From an uncultured Gammaproteobacteria bacterium (GTDB lineage: Bacteria; Patescibacteriota; Patescibacteriia; Patescibacteriales; UBA12465): a DNA stretch of 35,389 nucleotides. The notes below the pieces were generated by a model, which saw nothing but the letters and a program-made list of their open reading frames with translations, was not told the DNA's origin and ran no database searches. The stretch is from positions 1 through 35,389 of the forward strand of contig CAZSNN010000005.1 of NCBI GenBank assembly GCA_964608425.1, read 5' to 3'. A program made the translations under genes and the position numbers. Shown piece after piece: positions 17,734-25,405 of this stretch; within the stretch, counting starts at the first letter, position 1, and each line of letters begins with the position of its first letter.

Positions 17734-18870
17734 ATGAAAAAAAATATTCTTAAAAATATATTTTTTATTTTCTTTTTAGCTTTATTAATATTTTTTCCTT
17801 ATAAAAATAGTCAAGCCCAAGAAATAAAAAACGACAATTCTACTAAAATAATATTTTTTGGCAGCCCCACTTGTCCTCATTGTTCAGCTGAAAAACAATT
17901 TCTAAAAGAATTAAAGAAAGATCATTCTAATTTAATAATTGAAGAGTATGATTTTTCACAAAATATTAATTTAGTTAATACTCTATACAAAGAACATCAA
18001 GTGCCTCAAAATCAACAAGGGTTAGTTCCGGTAACTTTTATAGAAGATAATTTTTTTATAGGATTTAACGAATCAATAGAAAATAATATTACCAATAAAA
18101 TTGCTGGAATAGAGAATGGCAAAAATGAAAAAAACATCAAGATTCCCTTTTTCGGAGAAGTTGATATCTATAAATTATCCTTACCAACCCTAGCTATTGT
18201 CTTGGGGGTAGTTGATGGCTTTAATGTTTGCTCTCTGGGAGCTTTGATAATAATATTAGGACTGGTTATGGTTCTAGGATCCCGAAAAAGAATATTATTT
18301 TTAGGTAGTGCTTTTTTATTGGTCACCGGAATAACTTATGGACTATTAATTTTTATGTGGCACCAATTTTTTTCAATCATTGCCCCCTATATAAAAAGCA
18401 TGGAATTATTAATTGGAATATTATCAATCGCCGGAGGAATTTACCTTATTAGAGAATATATTAAATCCAGAAAACAAGGAGCTGCTTGCAATTCCGGAGG
18501 AATTATCGCTAAATTATCGCCTAAGGTTGAAAAAATCTTCGCTAATAAGAAAAATATAGCTATTTTAGTGGGGGTGGTAATATTATTTGCCGCCGCTGTT
18601 ACTATAATAGAGTTCCCTTGTTCAGCCTTTTTACCAGTTTTATTCGCTAGCATTCTAGTAGAAGCTAATCTATCAATGTCCTCAACCATATCTTATATGG
18701 CCTTGTTTATTTTGTTCTATATGCTAGATGAAATTATTATATTTTTGATAGCCTTCTTTACTATGAGAATAAAAATAGTTTCACCTAAATTTATTAATAT
18801 CTTCAATCTAATTGCGGCTTTAATATTTCTATTTTTGGGAAGTTTTTATCTATATCGAATATTTATATAA
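17734..18870 (+). CDS. Exported thioredoxin-like (CPHC) domain fused to a DsbD/CcdA-type transmembrane domain
   Basis: Signal-like N-terminus; FGSPTCPHC; VPVTF; about six TM helices containing DGFNVCSLG and EFPCSAFLP, the two membrane cysteines. Confidence 0.75.
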   Translation: MKKNILKNIFFIFFLALLIFFPYKNSQAQEIKNDNSTKIIFFGSPTCPHCSAEKQFLKELKKDHSNLIIEEYDFSQNINLVNTLYKEHQVPQNQQGLVPVTFIEDNFFIGFNESIENNITNKIAGIENGKNEKNIKIPFFGEVDIYKLSLPTLAIVLGVVDGFNVCSLGALIIILGLVMVLGSRKRILFLGSAFLLVTGITYGLLIFMWHQFFSIIAPYIKSMELLIGILSIAGGIYLIREYIKSRKQGAACNSGGIIAKLSPKVEKIFANKKNIAILVGVVILFAAAVTIIEFPCSAFLPVLFASILVEANLSMSSTISYMALFILFYMLDEIIIFLIAFFTMRIKIVSPKFINIFNLIAALIFLFLGSFYLYRIFI

Positions 18871-18884
18871 AATTAAATAATAAC

Positions 18885-18915
18885 AAAAAAGAGCTTTTAT
18901 CAAAGCTCTTTTTTT
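18885..18915. terminator. Bidirectional rho-independent terminator
   Basis: AAAAAA-GAGCTTT-TATC-AAAGCTC-TTTTTTT between convergent genes. Confidence 0.85.
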
Positions 18916-18931
18916 ATATTCTATTTTATTA

Positions 18932-19738
18932 TTACTTTTCAGAATAACGACCCTCACCTTGACGAGCCATTTTTAATTCTGAATAAATTTTGTCAATTAT
19001 TCTATTAATTTTACTAAGCCTCTCTTGATCTTCTTTTTCTTCCAACGGTGTTTTATAAGAATTATTTTTTTTAATATCTGCTCCTAGTTTTACAGAAAAA
19101 TCCACAAACATTTTATCGATTAATTTAGGATCAACCGGCTTATTTTTCATAGCATCCTTAATCTTCTCAGAAAAACTAAAATAATCACTTATATTTTCAT
19201 CATCCCTCTCTTTTACTGCCTCGGCTGTTTTTAAAAAATAATCAATCCAATTATCTAAATGAACATAATTGTCCGACCTCAATCCATCCAAGATATAATT
19301 AATAGATTTTAATTCATCTTTTTTAGCGATTTGTAATTTCTTAGAAACCCTTTCCTTTTCTATCATCATCATTAACATTCTATTTGATAAAATTTCTACT
19401 GGGGTTGGTTCAATGCCATATTCATTTCTAATATCAATAATCTTTTGAGAAATCTCACCACCTTCGGTAGAAATTTGTTGACGAATTTTTTCTCTTTGGT
19501 CTTTGCTTATTCCAAAAGAAATCATTTTATCTTCAAAATCCTTAACCTGATTATAATATTCTAATCTTTCTTCTTCTAGCTGAGAAATTTCATTCTTTTT
19601 TTCTTCTAAAACATTTAACCTTTCTGCCAAGCTTAATCCATCTAAAGGATCTTTTTTTTCTTCTACTTTTTCTTCTAATCCCTCAGTAGTTTTTTCATCT
19701 AAAATTTTATCAGCTAAGTTATCAAATTTATTACCCAA
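18932..19738 (-). CDS. Hypothetical charged, coiled-coil-rich protein; probable true start at 19824 via a -1 shift
   Basis: 268-aa ORF opening at TTG. The frame stays open upstream to 19807, and an ATG at 19824 joins it across an A8 run. Confidence 0.7.
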   Translation of the reverse strand: MGNKFDNLADKILDEKTTEGLEEKVEEKKDPLDGLSLAERLNVLEEKKNEISQLEEERLEYYNQVKDFEDKMISFGISKDQREKIRQQISTEGGEISQKIIDIRNEYGIEPTPVEILSNRMLMMMIEKERVSKKLQIAKKDELKSINYILDGLRSDNYVHLDNWIDYFLKTAEAVKERDDENISDYFSFSEKIKDAMKNKPVDPKLIDKMFVDFSVKLGADIKKNNSYKTPLEEKEDQERLSKINRIIDKIYSELKMARQGEGRYSEK

Positions 19739-19862
19739 ATCTAAGCTATCTTTTGTCTCTTTGGGGGCCTCCTTTTTATCATCTGGCTTTTTTTTCCACC
19801 AAAAATATTAAATTCTTTAAACATAATTTTTTAAATTAATAATTATTAAGATTAATTAAATT

Positions 19863-19891
19863 ACGATACCACAAAAATGATAAAATTGCAA
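19863..19891 (-). promoter_or_regulatory. sigma70 extended -10 promoter for the 18932 gene
   Basis: Minus strand TTGCAA (19891-19886), 17 nt ending in TGg, TATCGT (19868-19863). Confidence 0.55.
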
Positions 19892-19892
19892 G

Positions 19893-21743
19893 CTATTTGG
19901 CTTCTTTTTCTGGTATATCTAGAAAATCTTCGATCTTTTTTATGACTGTTTTGGGGTCGATTTTATGCTTTTTGTTATATGCTAATTGTTTGATGCGCCT
20001 CCTGTCCACCTCTTTAACAGCGTTCTTAATAGACCCGGTTATCTTATCAGCATACAATATGATTTTACCAGAAACATTACGAGCAGCTCGACCCATAGTT
20101 TGGATGAGCGAGGTTTGACTACGCAAAAATCCTTCACGATCAGCATCTAAAATAGCCACCAAGGAAACCTCTGGTAGGTCTAGTCCTTCTCTTAATAAGT
20201 TTACTCCTATCAAAATATCAAAAACGCCTAAGCGAAAATCTTTTAAAATTTCTGTTCTAGCTAGCGTTTTAGTATCAGAATGAATATAATTTGATTTAAT
20301 ATTATTTTGTTTCAGATAAGCATCTAAATCTTCGGCTTGTTTTTTGGTCAAGGTATTAATTATAACTCGTTCCCCTTTTTTAATAATTTTTTCTGATTCT
20401 AAAACAATATCATTGATTTGACTATAATTATTTTCTTTATTAAAAACTGGTCTAATTTCAATCTCGGGATCAATTAATCCAGTTGGTCTAATAACCTGTT
20501 CAACAATCTGTTTTGATTTTTCTAATTCAAATTTTCCAGGAGTTGCGGTAGTAAAGATAGCCTGACCAATTCTTTTTTCGAACTCAGAAAATTTTAAAGG
20601 ACGATTGTCTAGAGCTGATGGTAATCGCCAACCATATTTTATAAGAGTTTCTTTTCTGCTATGATCTCCGGCATACATTCCGCCAATTTGTGGAATACCA
20701 ATATGACTTTCATCTACAATCAATAAAAAATCTGGTCGACCATTCTCATCTTTTGGAAAATATTCTAATAAAGAATCCGGAGACTCACCCGCCAATTTTC
20801 CGGTTAAATGACGAGAATAATTTTCAATACCATGACAATATCCCAGACTTCTAAGCATCTCCATATCATAACGAACTCGACGCTCTAATCTTTCCGCTTC
20901 TAAATATAATTTATTCTTTTTGAAATATTTTAAACGATCTTTTAATTCTTCTTGAATACTTTTAATAGCCTGCTCAATTTGGGGTTTGGTGGAAATAAAA
21001 TGTTTTGGAGGAAAAATAACAATCTCTGGCAAATGTTCTAAAATATTTTTGGTCAATTCATCGATAATGGTTAAATCAGAAACCAATTGATCTTTTAATT
21101 CTAAGCGATAAATAATATTTTCCGACATCGGACGAATTTCAAAAACATCACCCCGAACTCGGAATTGACCTCTTTTAACATTCCCCAAAGATCTTTCAAA
21201 TTGCATTTTTATCAATTGAGAAATTAAATCGGCTCTAGTCATCGGCTTATCTTTTTCTAAATGAAGGGAGGCTTCCATGTAGCTAATTGGAACACCTAAA
21301 TTGTAGATACAAGAAACTGAGGCTACAATAATAACATCTCGGCGAGAAAGAAGAGCCGAGGTAGCTCCATGACGAAGACGATCTATCTCTTCATTGATCA
21401 TGGCCTCTTTTTCTATATAAGTTCCAGAATTTGGCAAATAAGCCTCAGGCTGATAATAATCATAATAGGAAACAAAATAATGAACCGCATTATCAGGAAA
21501 AAAATTTTTATATTCTCTATACAACTGAGCAGCCAAAGATTTATTAGGAGCCATTACTAAAACTGGCTTATTAAAATCTTTAATAATATTAGCGATTGTA
21601 AAGGTTTTTCCTGATCCAGTAACACCAAGCAAGGTTTGGTAATCAAAACCCTTCTCCAGGCCATTTTGGAGCTTAGAAATAGCCTCCGGCTGATCACCGG
21701 CTGGCCGAAAGTCTGATTTTAGAGTAAATAATTTCTTAGACAC
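19893..21743 (-). CDS. uvrB: Excinuclease ABC subunit B (no C-terminal UVR domain)
   Basis: GDQPEAI, LLGVTGSGKTFT, YFVSYYDYYQPEAY beta-hairpin, DESH, GWRLPSALDNRPL, NLLREGLDLPEV, QTMGRAAR; GTG start. Confidence 0.96.
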   Translation of the reverse strand: MSKKLFTLKSDFRPAGDQPEAISKLQNGLEKGFDYQTLLGVTGSGKTFTIANIIKDFNKPVLVMAPNKSLAAQLYREYKNFFPDNAVHYFVSYYDYYQPEAYLPNSGTYIEKEAMINEEIDRLRHGATSALLSRRDVIIVASVSCIYNLGVPISYMEASLHLEKDKPMTRADLISQLIKMQFERSLGNVKRGQFRVRGDVFEIRPMSENIIYRLELKDQLVSDLTIIDELTKNILEHLPEIVIFPPKHFISTKPQIEQAIKSIQEELKDRLKYFKKNKLYLEAERLERRVRYDMEMLRSLGYCHGIENYSRHLTGKLAGESPDSLLEYFPKDENGRPDFLLIVDESHIGIPQIGGMYAGDHSRKETLIKYGWRLPSALDNRPLKFSEFEKRIGQAIFTTATPGKFELEKSKQIVEQVIRPTGLIDPEIEIRPVFNKENNYSQINDIVLESEKIIKKGERVIINTLTKKQAEDLDAYLKQNNIKSNYIHSDTKTLARTEILKDFRLGVFDILIGVNLLREGLDLPEVSLVAILDADREGFLRSQTSLIQTMGRAARNVSGKIILYADKITGSIKNAVKEVDRRRIKQLAYNKKHKIDPKTVIKKIEDFLDIPEKEAK

Positions 21744-21755
21744 AAATTTTAAAAT

Positions 21756-22217
21756 TTAATAATGATATCTTTTCCCCTTCTCTATATTAACAGCTCGATA
21801 AATCTGCTCTATTAATATAACCTTAGCCATTTCGTGTAAAAATGTCATTTTAGACAAAGATAAGATATTATAGCCCTTTAAAATATCAGAATCAAAGCCT
21901 AGAGATCCAGCAATAACAAAAATTATCGGACGATCAAGGCTAAAAATTTTTTCAGAGAAACCAATAGAATCATATTCCCGTCCATTTTCTGACAATAAAA
22001 AAATCTCAGAATCTTTATTCTTTTGTAAAAATTCTAGAATCCTCTGACTCTCTTGCCTTTTTATAGTCAAAATATTCTTATCGGAAAAACTTTTAGCTGG
22101 AAGCTCCTTTAAGTCTAATTTAATATCAGGGCCCAGTCTTTTTTGATATTCAGAAATAGCCTCTTGATAATATTTTTCCTTAACACCCCCAATACTTAAA
22201 ATAATTATTTTTTTCAT
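21756..22217 (-). CDS. rlmH: 23S rRNA (pseudouridine1915-N3)-methyltransferase (SPOUT)
   Basis: IILSIGGVKE, EYQKRL, FVIAGSLGF, LSLSKMTFLHEMAKVILIEQIYRA..I.KG.RYH. Confidence 0.92.
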   Translation of the reverse strand: MKKIIILSIGGVKEKYYQEAISEYQKRLGPDIKLDLKELPAKSFSDKNILTIKRQESQRILEFLQKNKDSEIFLLSENGREYDSIGFSEKIFSLDRPIIFVIAGSLGFDSDILKGYNILSLSKMTFLHEMAKVILIEQIYRAVNIEKGKRYHY

Positions 22218-22223
22218 AATAAT

Positions 22224-22251
22224 ATCATACTATAATTATAATAAATTTCAA
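22224..22251 (-). promoter_or_regulatory. rlmH-uvrB promoter (possibly leaderless)
   Basis: Minus strand TTGAAA, 16 nt, TATGAT, then 6 nt to the ATG. Confidence 0.45.
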
Positions 22252-22255
22252 AACC

Positions 22256-22284
22256 TTGACTTTTTTCTAACAAAATGATAGAGT
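22256..22284 (+). promoter_or_regulatory. sigma70 extended -10 promoter for the DksA-like gene
   Basis: TTGACT (22256-22261), 17 nt ending in TGa, TAGAGT (22279-22284). Confidence 0.55.
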
Positions 22285-22321
22285 CACTTATCACATTAGT
22301 TCATTTAAACAAGATAGAAGT

Positions 22322-22645
22322 ATGAAAAAAGTTGTTTCCGAAAAAACAAACCAAGAATGGTTTGACCCAAATTTTATTGAAGCTCAAAAGTTGATCATTG
22401 AAAGCCGCATGGAAAAATATGGTAACCTACAAAAATTTCGCCAAGAAATGAGAGAAAATGGCGCGGGATCTCATGGGACTAATTATCTCCTTTATAAAAA
22501 CAATGAGGTATTACCCCAACTAAAAAAAGCTTTACAAAAAATAAAAGATGGGACTTATGGGGTCTGTGAAAAATGTGGTAAAAACATCGAGAAAAGAAGA
22601 TTGGAATTAATTCCAGGGGCTCTCGTTTGCATGAACTGCATATAA
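22322..22645 (+). CDS. DksA/TraR C4-type zinc finger protein
   Basis: ALQKIKDGTYGVCEKCGKNIEKRRLELIPGALVCMNC, the canonical C4 finger. Confidence 0.85.
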   Translation: MKKVVSEKTNQEWFDPNFIEAQKLIIESRMEKYGNLQKFRQEMRENGAGSHGTNYLLYKNNEVLPQLKKALQKIKDGTYGVCEKCGKNIEKRRLELIPGALVCMNCI

Positions 22646-22665
22646 AAAAAATTAATTAAAATTTG

Positions 22666-22691
22666 AAAAAGGTTCCAAGGGGAGCCTTTTT
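22666..22691. terminator. Bidirectional rho-independent terminator
   Basis: AAAAA-GGTTCC-AAGG-GGAGCC-TTTTT between convergent genes. Confidence 0.8.
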
Positions 22692-23469
22692 AATTTTTGT
22701 TTTTTAAAATATTTTTAAATCTATCAGAAAAAACAAAAGCTCTCATAATATAAAAAAATTTATTTTCAGCTTTGTCCTCTTTTTTTTCTTTTTCTGTCAT
22801 CATCTCTTCGGCAAAATATGTTCTAGGAATTCTAACAATAATAAATTCTAAATCCTTTAAACCAATTTCACCTGATAATATCCTCACTGAAACCCTATTT
22901 AAATCTCCTAGGTGCATCATTTTATCCTTAGCGTCTTCTAGAGTTAATTTATCACTTTTTTTATAATCAACTCCTATAACGGTTGATATAGGACCAGCTG
23001 AAGTAAAACCCTCTATAAAAGCATTAGCTATTCCACTAGTACCAGCAGGTCCGTGTGGCCAAATGGCACAATTAGCATATTTATCACCCCTTTCTCCTAC
23101 AACCTTAGGGTCAAAATTTAATTTTATATTATCTCCATTTACTAAATTAACAATTTTTTCGGGATCATCTTTTCGAACTGCTAGCTCCCTAGATCCATTT
23201 ATATAATAATTATAAACCTCATTAACATCACTAACCATTTCAGCTCCAGATAATTCTAAAAAATTAACTAAATCACTAAAAGCTTCCTGTGTCTTTTTTT
23301 TATACTCTTTCAAAAATTCACTATCTTTGCACTTTTTTTTATTCTCTTTTAAAAACTTAAGATTATTTATAACAATATCTCTATGTTTATTAATACTTTC
23401 TTTTTCTAAAGAGTTTTTTTTAATTTTAAATTCTTTTACTGAATCTAAAATCATTTGTTCTTCTATCAT
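22690..23469 (-). CDS. Hypothetical protein
   Basis: 259-aa ORF with typical composition, co-oriented with upstream genes and followed by a terminator. Confidence 0.75.
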   Translation of the reverse strand: MIEEQMILDSVKEFKIKKNSLEKESINKHRDIVINNLKFLKENKKKCKDSEFLKEYKKKTQEAFSDLVNFLELSGAEMVSDVNEVYNYYINGSRELAVRKDDPEKIVNLVNGDNIKLNFDPKVVGERGDKYANCAIWPHGPAGTSGIANAFIEGFTSAGPISTVIGVDYKKSDKLTLEDAKDKMMHLGDLNRVSVRILSGEIGLKDLEFIIVRIPRTYFAEEMMTEKEKKEDKAENKFFYIMRAFVFSDRFKNILKNKN

Positions 23470-23483
23470 ATTTTTATAGTTAA

Positions 23484-24083
23484 TTATAATAAAGAAAAGA
23501 GATAGGCCGCTAGCGATGGTAAAACTAAGTTGTCTAGTCCAAAAAATAAAGAAAATTCTACTAAGGTCAACAATAAAGCAATTATTAGATATAAGTCGAT
23601 ATTATAGAAATCAACATTACTACGAAATAAAAATATCAAAAAAAGAGTAGAAAGCAAAAATATTAAAGAACCTTCTAGACTTTTAGCCCCTCCTAATAAT
23701 TTAATTCTATGAATTCCAAAAAGATCGCCAAAAATATTAGCCAAGGAATCAGAAAAACCTAAAACCAAAACTCCAAACTGAAAAGCCCTAATATTTTCTG
23801 GCAAGAAAAAAATAGCTACCAACATTATCCCCAGAGGATAAAAAACTTCACCCCAAGAAACTCGCCTTACCCTATTAATAATTGGAAGGAAATTAAAAAA
23901 TCTAGCTACCGAGAATATTAAAGCAAATAATAGGCTAATAAAGATTATTTGATTTAAAGAAAAAATATAAGGAAAAAAGAAAATAATAACCGCTGACAAT
24001 ATATGAATAATTTTTCTATTAAAATTATCAATTTTTTTAGCTAGAGCAATTTTTTTAAAGTTAAATATTTTATTTATAATCAT
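23484..24083 (-). CDS. Dolichol/phytol kinase-like (CTP-dependent polyprenol kinase family) membrane protein
   Basis: RKIIHILS, SWGEVFYPLG, LGFSDSLANIFG..FG, KSLEGS and terminal DNLVLP. Confidence 0.78.
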   Translation of the reverse strand: MIINKIFNFKKIALAKKIDNFNRKIIHILSAVIIFFFPYIFSLNQIIFISLLFALIFSVARFFNFLPIINRVRRVSWGEVFYPLGIMLVAIFFLPENIRAFQFGVLVLGFSDSLANIFGDLFGIHRIKLLGGAKSLEGSLIFLLSTLFLIFLFRSNVDFYNIDLYLIIALLLTLVEFSLFFGLDNLVLPSLAAYLFSLL

Positions 24084-24085
24084 AT

Positions 24086-24796
24086 TTAAAAACTATTTTT
24101 CAAAAATCTTTTTCTTTCAACTTCATTAAACTTTTCAATGGCATATCTTAAGGTGGTCCGAGAAATTATCTTTCCATTATCAATTAAAAAGGCTTTTAAT
24201 CTATCTTGGTCTCTCTTACCAGCCTCTCGAAGCATCCAGCCAACAGCCTTATGTATTAAATCATGTTGATCTTTTATCAATATCTGTGAAATTTTAAAAG
24301 TATCATCTAAATCATTATTTTTTATAAAATAAAAAGTAGAAACTATTGAAATTCGACGAGACCACAAATTTTTAGAAATAGCCAAATTATAAAGAATTTT
24401 TTTATCTCGAGAATACAGATAATTACCTAGAATATTATAACAACTAACATCAACTAAATCCCAATTATTAATATTTTTTATATTTTTTAAATAAAAAGCA
24501 ACAATCTTTTTTTTATCACCAATACTAGCTAATTGATATTTTTTTACTAAAATAATTAAAGCCGAAAAACGAAATTCATGTATTTTGGAATTTAAAAATT
24601 TTTGCAAATCTTCAAGAGAAAGGTCTAAAAAATCTTTTATTATTTTTCGTTGATCGACTACACTAATGCCTAAAAAAATATCCCCCTCTCCATAATCACC
24701 CGGTCCGGTTTTGAAGTAGCGAGATAAAATTTTAGACTTTTCAGCATCTTTATTTTTCAATAATTTTTGTTCTAATTTTTGAGCTTGAGCCAACAT
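24086..24796 (-). CDS. DNA alkylation repair enzyme (AlkD-like HEAT-repeat glycosylase family)
   Basis: YFKTGPGDYGEGDIFLGI, INNWDLVD, NLWSRRISIVST, DLIHKAVGWMLREAGKRD, RTTLRYAIEK. Confidence 0.88.
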   Translation of the reverse strand: MLAQAQKLEQKLLKNKDAEKSKILSRYFKTGPGDYGEGDIFLGISVVDQRKIIKDFLDLSLEDLQKFLNSKIHEFRFSALIILVKKYQLASIGDKKKIVAFYLKNIKNINNWDLVDVSCYNILGNYLYSRDKKILYNLAISKNLWSRRISIVSTFYFIKNNDLDDTFKISQILIKDQHDLIHKAVGWMLREAGKRDQDRLKAFLIDNGKIISRTTLRYAIEKFNEVERKRFLKNSF

Positions 24797-24903
24797 AAAA
24801 CTAAATTAATAATAAAGAGCAAATAAAAGTTTTTTTATTAAAATATAGAAACCTATTACAAATAAAAGAACCGATAAGGTCGGGAAAAAATCTTTCATAG
24901 CAA

Positions 24904-25395
24904 CTAATTCTTATTTTTAAACAATAATTTATCTGATAAGTCATCTATTAATTTGCCACGATTATCATTATCTAATATTTTATTAGAATCCAGCGCATTA
25001 ATCAAATTAATAATTTCTGAATAATCTTGAAACTCGGTCCCCTGCTCCCTTAACTCCATAACCTTATCAAATAATATTTTTAAATATCTATCCTCTAAGT
25101 TTTTAAAAGAAGAAATTTTTCCCATAGCACGATCTTGAGCAATAAATTCAATAGATAATTTTATAATCTGTTCAGAAATATTTCTTTGATTTTCTTCAGA
25201 GCCTTCTAGGTTTAGATCCTTCAAAGCTTCGGTCACAGCCTTAGCTAACTTATTTTCAACTCTAGGAGTATTAAGTCGATAATTATTTTGATCTTCAATA
25301 ATAGCATTAATAACCTGTCTAGACTTAGATAAGCAAATTTTTTCTAAATTAGGATGATTAATTTCTTGATTAATTTGATGTTCAAAATTTTTCAT
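24904..25395 (-). CDS. Hypothetical protein
   Basis: 163-aa helical, charged ORF starting 10 nt after the upstream stop. Confidence 0.65.
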   Translation of the reverse strand: MKNFEHQINQEINHPNLEKICLSKSRQVINAIIEDQNNYRLNTPRVENKLAKAVTEALKDLNLEGSEENQRNISEQIIKLSIEFIAQDRAMGKISSFKNLEDRYLKILFDKVMELREQGTEFQDYSEIINLINALDSNKILDNDNRGKLIDDLSDKLLFKNKN

Positions 25396-25405
25396 TTTTA
25401 AAAAA

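Noticed and set aside
19768-19774. AAGGAGG as an SD for the TTG at 19738
   Set aside because: It is about 30 nt upstream, too far for initiation, and it is explained by the Lys-Glu-Ala codons of the extended frame.
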